From: Octopus bimaculoides
Lineage: Eukaryota
Assembly: GCF_001194135.2 (NCBI RefSeq)
Contig: NC_069003.1
Span: forward strand, 11,421,694 to 11,485,266
DNA: 63,573 nucleotides
Direction: 5' to 3'
A program made the position numbers and the translations under genes. Positions within the stretch are counted from its first letter, which is position 1; each line of letters opens with the position of its first letter. This document shows positions 37,822 to 50,650 of this stretch, in pieces. Under the pieces are notes generated by a model. It searched no databases. It was not told the origin of the DNA and saw nothing but the letters and a program-made list of their open reading frames with translations.

Positions 37822-38360
37822 TGGGGGGGGGGGCTGAAAAGTTCCTGGCTTTTGGGTAAAAGAAAATCCAGTAGGATCAGTTAATTATGATTTTGTTCAA
37901 CATATTCCCTTCTCAGATTCACACACTAATTGCAGCGGTCCTTCAGTTTTTCTAAGCCCTGTAAAAGAACTCAGAAGGTTGGGCCTCCAACCAGACCTTT
38001 TATGATACCTTTAAAGCTAGGAACTATTCAACAGCCCCTTGTACAACTATCTTGTAATATCAAGGCAAGGAGAGAGTAACACACACATATATGTGACAGG
38101 CTTCTTTCAGTTTAAATGCGCAGTGGCTGTGTGGTAAGAAGTTTACTTCCCAACCACATGGTTCAAGGTTCAGTCCTATTGTGTAGCACATTGGGCAAAT
38201 GTCTTCCACTATAATCTGGTAGGCAGAAATCCACTCACGAGGCTTTTGTCAGCCCGGGGCTATAGGAGAAGATTCATGCTCTAGGTGCCATGCAATTGGA
38301 CTGAACCTGGAACTGTGTTGTTGGGAAGCAAACCTCTTACCACAGAGCCACATCTGCACT
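37822..38360. mobile_element. Mariner MITE plus SINE A containing an inverted SINE A head (donor of the 24631 copy)
   Basis: SINE A continues intact beyond 38261. Confidence 0.75.
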
Positions 38361-38589
38361 TATATCAAATGTGTGTGCAATAAACGACTTCTGCACAATT
38401 TCTGTGTACTAAACTCTTCTTATAGTATTCAACATGAGGTCACTGTAGATGACATATGCCTAAGGTGCCACACTATGGGATTGAACCCCAACCTAAGCAG
38501 ATTCAAAGAGGACTTAACAACACAGCCTTGCCGATCCTAGACATGGCTATATCAGCATCTCCTAAATTCCAGTTCATTACGTGGCTATG

Positions 38590-38621
<32 letters not shown>

Positions 38622-39140
38622 GTTTAACGTCCGTTTTCCATGTTGGCATGGGTTGGACTGTTCGACTGGGGTCTGGGAAGCTAGGAGGCTGCACCAGGCC
38701 CCATTCTGATCTGTCAGTGTTTCTACAGCTGGATGACCTTCCTAATGCCAACCACTCCGAGAATGTAGTGAGTGCTTTTTACGTGCCACCAGCATGGAAG
38801 CCAGTCAAAGCGGCACTGGCATCGGCCATGTTCAGATGGTGCTTTTTACATGCTACCGGCACTGGGCTCACAACTTCATTCTGATATTACTGATGTTGAT
38901 GTACTTGACTCAATAAGTCTCCTCAAGCACGACATGTCACCCTACGATCCAAGATACTTTTGAGTGGGCTGGTTATGCAACACTGGTGTAGATTACAGCT
39001 GTGGACTCACTTTATTTGCCGGGTCTTCTCATTCGCAGCATACCTCCAGAGGTTTTGGTCTTTTGTCATGGCCTCTGTGAGGCCCGACGTTCAAAGGTCA
39101 TGCTTCACCACCTCATCTTTCAAAATTCTCCATCTGTCCC
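38590..39140 (-). mobile_element. RTE LINE 3' end
   Basis: DEVVKHDL...MTKDQNLWRYA on minus strand; (ATG)n tail at 38590-38620. Confidence 0.8.
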
Positions 39141-39789
39141 ACTTTACAACACTCAGCATCTTCAACACTTTATCCTCTCATTGACCCTGCAATCTGATAA
39201 AATATTTCATGTCAGATATCAATGAAGGAAACCCTAGCCAATTGCTCTATTTCCAACACACCAGCTAAATTCACTGAAATCGCACCCAAAGGAGGTGAAA
39301 TGGTCATTGTTGGAACACTTTTGATCAAAGGTAGAAATATCCAGTCAAGGTTGTCCTGGGGCTAAAAACATGAAAGTTAAAACCATCACAGGTTTTCAAA
39401 ATTTTTTTTAATGCCCAGAAATATCACCAGAGCAAGGTGATAAAATTAATGCTGCTGGTTATGTTGAAATACTAGAGACAGTTTTTTAAACCCTGCATGT
39501 GGAGGCGCAATAGCCCAGTGTTTAGGGCAGCAGACTCACGGTCATAGGATCGCGGTTTCAATTCCCAGACCNNNNNNNNNNNNNNNNNNNNNNNNNNNNN
39601 NNNNNNNNNNNNNNNNNNNNNNNNNNNNNNNNNNNNNNNNNNNNNNNNNNNNNNNNNNNNNNNNNNNNNNNACAAAGATACAGAAAATTTACTGAAATTT
39701 TATTTCAGTAGAAGGACATATCATTGTAACTACATTTAAACAATTCAAGTGGGATTGCTGACAAAATTTGAAACATTATTATTATTATT

Positions 39790-40195
39790 GTCATTGCTTC
39801 TGCACAGCTTCTAACACTGGAGATGTACTACAGTGTCAGCTGTTCACTACCATTGAACTAAGGTAACACCTCTTATTTTTCGAGCACCATCCGCAGTATT
39901 CGAGCGGTTCCAAGCAGTGCTGTTTTCTACAAGTGCTCCACCCTAATTGCAGCCCCTATTTGTTTCACGTACTTCTCGAGATTTTTGCTCACTATTCCCA
40001 GGGCTCGGACAATTATTGGTACCACTGCTACCTTTTTCATCGACCACAACTACTTAACTTCCCAAGCTAACCTGTCATATCTCTCGACTTTTCTTTCTTC
40101 CTTATCACATACCTTGTTCTCAGCTGGGCATGCTATATCTATGATCCAGTATAGTTTGTTTTCTTTCTCAATTAAAACTATGTCCAGCTTCCTAT
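39790..40195 (-). mobile_element. REL-endonuclease non-LTR retrotransposon 3' end (R4/Dong-like)
   Basis: KLDIVLIEKENK..IIDIACP..KEERKVERYDRLAWEV..VVPIIVRALG..KTALLGTARILR; (TTA)n on both flanks. Confidence 0.8.
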
Positions 40196-40802
40196 TCTAT
40201 TATTATTATTATTATTCAGTAATCTCATTTTTATCACGTGCTTTCACTGCGCTACTGAGCACAGCTCTGTGTGCCTTGAGTATGTACTATGGTTTGTTGT
40301 GGTGCTCTTATTTTCACTGTATTGAAAGTGTTTTACATAGGATGTGTGTGGTGCCTAGTGGTGCTATTTTCTATTTGTTAGTCTTGGTATTTTTGTTACA
40401 TATTTGTTTGAATATTATTATTAATGTTATTATTAAGGTGATAAGCTGGCAGAATTGTTAGCACACTGGGCAAAATTATTAGTGGCATTTCGTCTGTCTT
40501 TACATTCAGAGTTTAAAAGCAAAGGTCGACTTTGCTTTTCATCCTTTCGGAGTTGATAAAATAAGAACCAGTTGAGATGTAACCAACTTATCCCTTCCCC
40601 TGAAATTGCTAGCCATGTATCAAAGTCATCATCATCATCATCGTTGTCATCATAATCAACATGCCAGACAAAATGCTTAGCAGTATTTTGTCCATCTTTA
40701 CATTCTGAGCTCAAATTCTGCCATGGCCGACTTCCCCTTTCATCTTTTCAGGGTCAATAAAATAAGTACCAGTCATGCTGACCTTGTGCCAAAATGTGAA
40801 AC

Positions 40803-40845
<43 letters not shown>

Positions 40846-41496
40846 GAGTGAGAGAGCAGTGCATGCCTTCAAAGTGACACTGGGCTAAAATATACGAAGC
40901 CCATTATACCCATCATGACTACCTGTCTGATAAGGGTACACCAGGCACATGCATCACAACCATATGTGCNNNNNNNNNNNNNNNNNNNNNNNNNNNNNNN
41001 NNNNNNNNNNNNNNNNNNNNNNNNNNNNNNNNNNNNNNNNNNNNNNNNNNNNNNNNNNNNNNNNNNNNNNNNNNNNNNNNNNNNNNNNNNNNNNNNNNNN
41101 NNNNNNNNNNNNNNNNNNNNNNNNNNNNNNNNNNNNNNNNNNNNNNNNNNNNNNNNNNNNNNNNNNNNNNNNNNNNNNNNNNNNNNNNNNNNNNNNNNNN
41201 NNNNNNNNNNNNNNNNNNNNNNNNNNNNNNNNNNNNNNNNNNNNNNNNNNNNNNNNNNNNNNNNNATGATGCTCCCCCACTACTTCTGCTCATGATCAGA
41301 GATGCACATATCGTCAGCCACCAAGGGACATGTTCAACTGGTTAAGGTCAAACAACTGACAAGCAAATCTGTGATATTAAGCAGAATATTTGCTGTAGCC
41401 CATCTCTTATACCAAGACAAAGCAATGTACATGATAACACTTCCAAGCAATTAAGATCAGAAGCCATGAGAGCCACTGCCTGGTACTGCATCTGGG

Positions 41497-41498
<2 letters not shown>
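40846..41498. mobile_element. Non-coding interspersed element embedded in (ATT)n, gap in middle
   Basis: Bounded by (ATT)n at 40804-40845 and 41498-41541; resembles a repeat I recall from octopus genomes (not verified). Confidence 0.5.
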
Positions 41499-41542
<44 letters not shown>

Positions 41543-44500
41543 GAGCTGCCAGACTTGTTAGCACGCCGGGTGAAATGCTTAGTGACATTTTGTCTGGTTT
41601 TATGTTCTGAGTTCAAATTCCACTGAGGTTGACATAGCCTTTCGTATTTTCAGAGTTGATAAAATAAATACCAGTCAAATATTGGGGTCAATGTAATTGA
41701 CTAGCCCCTTCCCCAAAAAATTTCAGGCCTTGCGCTTATAATAGAAAGGATTATTATTGCTTGTGTGGACATAAGGTTTGTTTAATTTTCTTTGAATAAT
41801 TTGCGTAATACCAAAAATTTATCATTGATTTGTGAAATAAGAATTTCTACTCCACTGGGCGGAGAAGGAAACTGCCAAATTGTGTCCTAAAAAGTAGTTT
41901 TTATAATAAATATTTCTTTTTGTTAGTTATTTTTCTTGTTGAAATTATGGCATTGTTAACACCCACTAACACTTTTAATGAGTCAGTAGCAGGAAAACCT
42001 TTTAGTGCTACCAGTTTCATGACTGAGCAAACAATGCTTATAATAATGTTATTTCAATGACACACGCAACAATGGGACTTGCAGCAACAACAACAAAATC
42101 GGTAGCAACATCAGTAGCAGCTGTAGCAACAACAATGACAGAAACAGCAACAATAATTACAAAAGTATCTACAACAAAAGAAGTTGTAAAGGCAAGTAAT
42201 ATTTTGCAGGGATAGCAACAAAAACCAACTAAGTACCTGTTTGGTATTCAGATTTGTCTGTCAAATGTTATACTTATTTATTCACAATGTTTTGAGTTAA
42301 TCATGTATTATTTTACAGCTTTGAGACTTCAACAATATGATTGTATATTTTCAGAAAGACATTGCTGTGTATGTGTGAGAGACTGAATCTGGCTAGGTTG
42401 AACATAGAACAGGTAGAATATTTTTGCTAGATATGGCTGGTTTAAATGCTAAAGAATTAAGCAAGAAAGAAGTCCATCTGGTATAAATGGAACACCTTGT
42501 AATGGTGATTGGGAAGAATGCACAAATCACCATATCAACCAAGGTTTTGGCACCAACACATGGAAGATGGTAGTGTATCGCGAGTCTTGTACAACCTGAC
42601 ACTGTGCCACCTCAAACAGTTTGAAGTGTATAGATATAGTGAATAAACAATTCATCAGTATTGCAAAAAGGCTGTTAGGCTGAATAAAATTCAAATTATG
42701 CAATAGAAACAGCTTCAGTTTAGATCTTTATCTAAATGACATACTTATCATATGTATACCATGGAAAAGTTTGAGATTGCAGTGATTATCTTGGAAATAA
42801 TCCCTTTAAAAGCATATATACTTCAGCACCAGATGAAATGAAATTGTTACCTCAGACAGGCTGAGGTGACCTGAATGCAAGGAATTGAAAATCAGAAAAA
42901 AGGCAAAATGCACATCTATCACTCTTACAGCCACTTTAGGAATGATTTCATTTCATCTGTCTCTGAGGTATATTGTGTTTTTAACACACTACATCCATAT
43001 AGGGGTCTTTTCCAAGAAAACCACTGTTGCCTCAAACTTCCCAACAATATACATACATTAAGTATGTCATATAGTTAAAGAATGTTATTGCTATTATTCA
43101 ACTGTTTCAAGCAAGTTTCTTCTGCTTCACCTGGTACACCTCAATGTTCCTAAGATGTGTGTAGCATTGTGTGTTCTTGTTTTTGTTGGTGTGGGAGGAG
43201 CACAGACTTTTCCCATTACTGTATTGCATCAGTTTGTTTTGCTATGGGGCTTGGCTTAAGCTTCTTGTTGTATTAGTGTTTGTATGTTGTTTTGTGTATG
43301 TAATGTAAGTTGTGTTATTCTGTTGTTTATTTCATTAGATGTTTATTGTATAGAACATGTCTTGTGTTTGTGGATCTTTGATTTGGGCTGTGCTATTGAA
43401 TTGATAGTGTCTTACATAGGATAAGGGCTGTTGTTGTTGTTGTTGTTGTTATTATTAAGGTGGTGAGCTGGCAGAATCAATAGCATGCTGGGTAAAATGC
43501 TTAGCTTGGAGGAAGTAGATTTGAGAGGGAGAGTTGAGCCCCTGTGGCGCAAAGGAGCAAAGAGAGAAGATTAATCCCTGTTCATGGCACAATATACATG
43601 TAGATGTGTGTATATGTGTGCACTGAGTATATATAATAAAACTGGGGTCCTTTCTGACTATGATTATTTTGTAATTTATCTATTTTTCATCTTAGTTCAC
43701 TCAATTTCTTAAACAACTTATAAAAGTGATCACTGATTTGTTCTCTCATTCATATGATGCTATTTTTGATGTAACTCACTATCTAACATTTATTTAACAA
43801 TTATTACTATTATGTAACCTATTAACCTCTGGCCAAGGTTTATACCAATATTAATAATTAAATGAGATTCAGTCTGTTGAGATGTTTTGGGAGAATAACA
43901 TGTAATCTAATGATATGTCTTTTTTACACTTCTGACGAGATTTTGCCCAATAAAATGTTTTAATTACTGGAATTTAGTTCTTTTGGGCAAAATCGAAACA
44001 GCTGTAAGTAAACATGTTGAATTTTTGCCATTAGTAAATTATATTAATGNNNNNNNNNNNNNNNNNNNNNNNNNNNNNNNNNNNNNNNNNNNNNNNNNNN
44101 NNNNNNNNNNNNNNNNNNNNNNNNNNNNNNNNNNNNNNNNNNNNNNNNNNNNNNNNNNNNNNNNNNNNNNNNNNNNNNNNNNNNNNNNNNNNNNNNNNNN
44201 NNNNNNNNNNNNNNNNNNNNNNNNNNNNNNNNNNNNNNNNNNNNNNNNNNNNNNNNNNNNNNNNNNNNNNNNNNNNNNNNNNNNTATATATAATGAGCCT
44301 CTTTCAGTTTCTGTTTATCAAATCCACTCACAAGGCTTTGGTTGGCCCAAGGCTGTAGTAGAAGGTACTTACCCAGCATGCAATGCAATGGGACTGAACA
44401 CAGAATCATGTGGTTGGGAAGCAAACTTCTTACCACACAGCCAGGCCTGCACCCATACACACACACACACACACGCACACACTTGTTCAAAGGTATCTGA

Positions 44501-44894
44501 TGGCAGTGCTACTGGTGGTGATGGCCTGCACAGCAGTAATGTTTGAATATTTCTTGTTTTCCATATTGTTTTATGCATGATAAGGATACATGACATTTAT
44601 GGTCTGCTTTATTTGTTGTTGACTTTTTTTCTTTTCAGATAATATTATGTCCTAATATGGTAACTTACAATAGCCTTTTCTTTATTTCTATTTTTATAAC
44701 CCTTACCTAAAAAAAAAATTTTTTAATTCAACTGGTAAAATATTTGTTCAGAAATGTAGTTTGTGCATTGTGTGTATACATATTGCAGGGGTGGACACAA
44801 TTTTTCAGAATGTCACCCTGAGCTGACTGGTTGAAACCAGTAACTCTGTGTGTGTGTGTAAATATATATATATATATGTGTGTGTGTGTATATA

Positions 44895-45675
44895 CAGGCA
44901 TAACTTGCCTTAAGCCGTTTCAATTTAAGTTGCTTACAATTATACATTGGTTTTCAAAATTGATATGTGGAAAAATAAAAATCAAGTTCAGTCATTTTAC
45001 TCAACTTTACATCTGTCATCCACAAATATTGGAATTGTAAAAATCACTAGAAAACCTTTAAAAGCACATAAAATCATGTTACTCTACAATTAATAAGAAT
45101 AAAAGCAGATAAAATCATATTAAAATATGTACAGTAAATGTTAAGATACACACCATAAAGTAGTGTAGCTTAGTCAATGAAATCATGAAATCAGCTGTGT
45201 TGTCTTATCCGTCTTTTAGAGCTCATATTGTACTGTAGTTACAATGTCTGCCATTAGGTGTCGTGATTCCCGCAATTGTTTTGAATTCAGATTTGTTTAC
45301 ATCTGTTTATTGGCTACTTTCTCATTCTCATTCATTTGTGACTTTATTTTTTGCCCCCATGGCTCCTAAGAAAATTCATAGTGAAAGTGCTAAGCATCAT
45401 GCTATAACACTGGAAGATAAACTGGCTATGATAAAACGCCATGAAAAAGGTGAAAAAGTGGTGGCAATTGCACGATCTTTTGGGATGAGTCGGACAACTG
45501 TATCGATGATTGTACATAAGAAGGACAAGAATTTAGCACATATCAAATCTGAAGCCCCAGGGATGAAGGATACTGTCACCAATAAGAAAAGAGGCAAGAT
45601 CTTTGAAGAAATGGAAAGTCTTCTTTCTCTTTGGATTGTTAAGTTGAATCATCAGCATGTTACTATTAGTCAAGA
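44895..45675 (+). mobile_element. Tigger/pogo transposon 5' half (HTH-psq plus CENP-B HTH), truncated
   Basis: TA-CAGGCATAAC TIR-like start; ATG 45359 MAPKK...ITLEDKLAMIKRHEKGEKVVAIARSFGMSRTTVSMI...EEMESLLSLW. Confidence 0.85.
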
Positions 45676-45824
45676 ACCAAATGGAGGGCAGATTTTCAAT
45701 CCCAGGATCATCCTGATTCCAAAAAGGTAATAATATGTCTATGTAGAGCAAATGTAGGCTGAGATACAGGGGACCCAGACAGACAAGACAGAATTTTGCA
45801 TTTACTATAATACATATCATCATC

Positions 45825-46640
45825 ATCGTCATCATATGTTCATTTTCCATGCTGGCATGGGTAGGACAGTTTGACAGGAGGTGGCCAGCTGAAGAGCTGT
45901 CTAGGCTCCATGTCTGTTTTAGCATGGTTTCTATGACTGGATGCCCTTCCTAATGCTAACCACTTTTTCATGCAGCACCTGCATGGGTGTGTTTACATGG
46001 CAATAGTACAGGTGCTTTTTACGTGACACCAGCATTTATGAGCCTGCAAGATTAAGGATGTTCAGCGAGAGAGGGGAGCAGGGGGATGAACCTGTGTGCA
46101 AGGACAACCACATTTTTACTTAGTTTGATGTGTCTTTTCAAGCACAGCAAATCACCAGGAGTATCAGTCCCCTGTCATCTCCTCTGTGAGTCCCCTCTGT
46201 TGACCCTTTCTCACCACTTTGCCCCATGTCTTCTTAGGCCTAAATCTTCCACATGTTTCCCCTACAATTAAAGGTCAGCACCTCTTGATGCAGCTGTCTT
46301 CATTCATACACACTACATGGCCATACCAGCACAGTCTTCTCCCTTGCATACTACATCTCATGCCTTGTATACTCGGTTTTTCTCTACACTGACATCACCC
46401 ATCCAACTGAGCATACTGACTTCATTTCTTCTTTCAAGCCTTCGCATATCCTCAGTAGTTACAACCTATGTCTCACTGCCATATAGCATAGCTGTTTGTA
46501 CACAGGCATCATAGAATCTGCCTTTCAGTCTGGGGAAGGAGCCCTTCATTACTAACAGAGGTAGTAGCCCTCTGAACTTTGCCCGGCCTATTCTTATTCT
46601 GGCAGCTATGCTTTCGGACCAATTTCCACCACTACTAAGT
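45825..46640 (-). mobile_element. RTE LINE 3' fragment
   Basis: Aligns with 5905-6850. Confidence 0.8.
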
Positions 46641-47401
46641 GACCAAGCGTTGAGGCCTCACATTGCGCACTACTTTGCCCATTATCAGGATCACGTGTTC
46701 CAACACGACAACATCCATGCTCATACTGTCAGGTTGACAGCAGACTTCTTCCAACAACACAGCATCCAGACACTGTCATGTCCTTCCCTAAATCTGGACT
46801 GGAATCTCATAGAGCACCTGTGGGACAAAATCCAAAGAAGGCTGAATGTCATCCACCCAAGCCTGACAACTGCAGCACAACTCACAGCAAATTTTAACAG
46901 AGTGTGGGCTGCTATCCCCATGGCTTTCATCAATCGTTTGGTGCATTCGATGGACAGAAGATGCCTGGCCTTAATCAACGCTGAAGGTGGTCACACAATG
47001 TTGTTGGCACTCCGTCGCTTACGACGTCGAGGGTCCCAGTTGATCCGATCAACGGAACAGCCTGCTCGTGAAATTAACATGCGAGTGGCTGAGCACTCCA
47101 CAGACACGTGTACCCTTAACGTAGTTCTCGGGGATATTCAGCGTGACGCAGTGTGACAAGGCTGACCCTTTGAATTACAGGCACAACAGAAACAGGAAGT
47201 AAGAGTGAGAGAAAGTTGTGGTGAAAGAGTACAGCAGGGTTTGACACCATCCCCTGCCGGAGCCTCGTGGAGCTTTAGGTGTTTTTGCTCAATAAACACT
47301 CACAAAGCCTGGTCTGGGAATCGAAACCGTGATCCTATGACCGTGAGTCTGCTGCCCTAACTACTGGGCCATTGCGCCTCCACTGGTCACACGATATATT
47401 G
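46640..47401 (+). mobile_element. Tc1 (DD34E) transposase C-terminal fossil interrupted by SINE C
   Basis: FQHDN..HT, NLIEHLWD, RRCLALINAEGGHT; removing the SINE restores GGHTIY*. Confidence 0.85.
46997..47383 (-). mobile_element. SINE family C, full length
   Basis: 9-bp TSD TGGTCACAC (46988-46996, 47384-47392). Confidence 0.92.
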
Positions 47402-47659
47402 AGTTCATCTCTTTGGATCCAGAACACTCTGTCATTATGTGACACCATTTGATGTCAAACATGTTTCAAGGAATGACATTTTATCATTAGGAAAGAACGA
47501 TTTCTTAATTAGCACTCTTCAATCAATGCTTTGGCAGTCTATTAATAAACCAGTTTCTATTTAGTACATGTGCGACAATTCTTTTTTGTGACTCGGTATA
47601 TATTCCAAAGGTCCCAACTACTGTTCCGAAGGTCTCAGCTAGCCCATCTAGAGTTAGGA

Positions 47660-47830
47660 CCATGTACTGTAATAGCTTGGGCTTCAAGGGCCCACAGCTA
47701 TTTAACGCCTTGCCAAAACATCTGAGGGATCTTTATGGAGTGGGGGTAGATGTTTTCAAGAAACAACTTGACCCCCTGCAGACCAAGGTCCCAGACGAAC
47801 CAATATCAAGGCAGTATCAAACTCCCTCCT
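47660..47830 (+). mobile_element. LINE ORF2 extreme C-terminal remnant (CR1/L2-like)
   Basis: NSLGFKGPQLFNALPKHLR...DVFKKQLD...VPDEP. Confidence 0.65.
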
Positions 47831-48326
47831 TCAAAAGCAAATCGCATAAGATTGGCCATTGAAAAGATGATTACATTGGCAGTGTCCCAGCATGGCCACA
47901 GCCTTAAGGCTGAAACATGTAAAAGAATATATGTGGGGCAGGTCCCTTTCAATTTCTGCTTGCAATGTCCACTCACTAGGCTTTGACAAGCCCAAGACTA
48001 TAGCAAAGTGACACATGTTCAAGGTGCAATATTGTGAGATGGAACCTGAACCATATGGTTGGGAAGCAACCTTCTTACCATACAGCTACGCCTACACCTT
48101 ATGCATCATGTCAGCTAATATGGGTCAGAGTGTCTTCTAGGCCGCTTTTTTATGGCTTGATGCCCTTCCTGTTGCCAACTCTCACATTTCCAAGCAATGT
48201 AATATTTCCCCAATGGCCAGATATGTTCTTGCAGAATATTTCAAATGAATGACATTGCTTGTATGATGGTCATTTTCAAGAATTACATATCAAGACAAGG
48301 ATACACACTGACACACACAAGTAAGC

Positions 48327-48985
48327 ATCATCATCATCATCATCGTTTAACGTCCGCTTTCCATGCTAGCATGGGTTGGACGATTTGACTGAGGACTGGT
48401 GAAACCGGATGGCAACACCAGCCTCCAATCTGATTTGGCAGAGTTTCTACAGCTGGATGCCCTTCCTAATGCCAACCACTCAGAGAGTGTAGTGGGTGTT
48501 TTTACGTGTCACCCGCACGAAGGCCAGTCAGGCGGTACTGGCAATGGCCACNNNNNNNNNNNNNNNNNNNNNNNNNNNNNNNNNNNNNNNNNNNNNNNNN
48601 NNNNNNNNNNNNNNNNNNNNNNNNNNNNNNNNNNNNNNNNNNNNNNNNNNNNNNNNNNNNNNNNNNNNNNNNNNNNNNNNNNNNNNNNNNNNNNNNNNNN
48701 NNNNNNNNNNNNNNNNNNNNNNNNNNNNNNNNNNNNNNNNNNNNNNNNNNNNNNNNNNNNNNNNNNNNNNNNNNNNNNNNNNNNNNNNNNNNNNNNNNNN
48801 NNNNNNNNNNNNNNNNNNNNNNNNNNNNNNNNNNNNNNNNNNNNNNNNNNNNNNNNNNNNNNNNNNNNNNNNNNNNNNNNNNNNNNNNNNNNNGGCCACG
48901 CTCAAAATGGTGTATTTTATGTGCCACCCGCACAAGAGCCAGTCCAGGGGCACTGGCAACGATCTCACTCGAAAATCCTACAAAA
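48327..48985 (-). mobile_element. Family D copy with gap in its tandem region
   Basis: Both gap flanks match 1823-2182. Confidence 0.85.
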
Positions 48986-49289
48986 CATATGAATGCAAAA
49001 CAAAGTGGGGAAAAAATACCAAAGGTACAATGGTTGAGTAATTTGCTTTTATTAAAGCTGAAAAAGCTTTCACAAACTGTTACTCAAGTTTCACATTACC
49101 ATTTGTCAGACAGTCATCATGTTGCCCTATATGTGTGTGTGTGTGTATCAAATTAAATCCACAACCAAAAGAGCTACTAATAGCTTCATCCTGTAATGAT
49201 ACTTGAATAGGCATATTTATAAAATACGTCATGTATCTTGAAGCAATTTTTCATGCTCTGTTTATGCATTATATATAATTTATATATGG

Positions 49290-49580
49290 TGGGCTTTTTT
49301 CAGTTTCTTATTTTTTTACTGCCCACAAGGGGCTACACATAGAGGGGACAAACGAAGACAGACGAATGGATTAAGTCGATTATATCGACCCCAGTGTGTA
49401 ACTAGTACTTATTTAATCGATCCCGAAAGGATGAAAGGCAAAGTCGACCTCGGCTGAATTTGAACTCAGAACGTAGCGACGGATGAAATACCGCTAGGCA
49501 TTCCGCCCGGCGTGCTAACGTTTCTGCCAGCTCACCGCCTTTCAGTTTCTGCCAACTAAATTCACTTACAAGGCTTTGGT
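49290..49580 (-). mobile_element. SINE A fragment with nested SINE B (49308-49539)
   Basis: TSD TTTCAGTTTC (49298-49307, 49540-49549). Confidence 0.85.
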
Positions 49581-50170
49581 TGGAACAAACATTTGTTGGT
49601 TTTTCATTCATCTAACAAATAATTACACACACAAACATGTAATTACTCAATAACACACACACACATATATATATTCGTTGTTAATCAGACATAAATGACA
49701 ACTCCAACTCCTTTATTTTTTTAATAGAAAATATGTAATCTTTATTTCTTTCTTTAAAGTTTATTAAAACAAAACTCTGCGAGAAATATAAAAAAATATA
49801 CATTAGGTATTGTACTTAAACATTGTAGACCACCTGATGTATGGGTGGTTGAAGGGGTTGGGGAACATCTTCGTTAGTGAAAGGGCTTACATATTTACTT
49901 TACCGAAATTATCATAAAAATAGAGATTCATTTCTTCAACAGCACATGGGTTTTTACATTCCCTGCTCCTACCACCACCACCACCACCACCATGTGTTGA
50001 GTATAAGGCACATTTCCTTCAAATTATGAACTGTAAACCAAAGTGTATTTTGGTTTAAGGATGTAGATTTTTTAATTAAGTTTTTGTTGCTGTCGTCATT
50101 TTAGTAAACGAATTTATGAAATGAGAAAATAGAACATTGAGGTATAACATTGATTAGAGCAAAGTAGCTT

Positions 50171-50650
50171 AGTTTAGGGGTGAATTTTGTGTAGAGACAT
50201 ATGGGGATTTGTGTAGGGGTCTACTATGGTTTTGTTAGGGATGTACTATGGATTTGTGTAGGGGTCTACTATGGTTTTGTGTAGGGGTCTACAATGGATT
50301 TGTGTAAGGGTCTACTATGGATTTGTGTAGGGGTCTACTGTGGTTTTGTGTAGGGGTCTACAATGGATTTGTGTAGGGGTCTACTGTGGTTTTGTGTAGG
50401 GGTCTACTATGGTTTTGTTAGGGATGCACTATGGATTTGTGTAGGAGTCTACTATGGTTTTGTGTAGGGGTCTACTATGGTTTTGTTAGGGACGCACTAT
50501 GGATTTGTATATGGGTCTACTATGGTTTTGTTAGGGATGTACTATGGCTTTGTGTAGGGGTCTACTATGGTTTTGTTAGGGATATACCATGGATTTGTGT
50601 AGGGGTGTACATTGACTTGTGTAGGTGTGTACTGTGGTTTTGTGTAGTGG
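50171..50650. repeat. Minisatellite, about 20 units of 22-23 bp
   Basis: GG(A/T)TTTGTGTAGGGGTCTACTAT (23) interspersed with GGTTTTGTTAGGGATG(C/T)ACTAT (22). Confidence 0.92.

Noticed and set aside
46608-47156. 182-aa ORF
   Set aside because: Chance fusion of antisense RTE, Tc1 fossil and antisense SINE C.
50171-50650. CRISPR-like array
   Set aside because: No unique spacers, eukaryotic context, no cas genes; it is a minisatellite.
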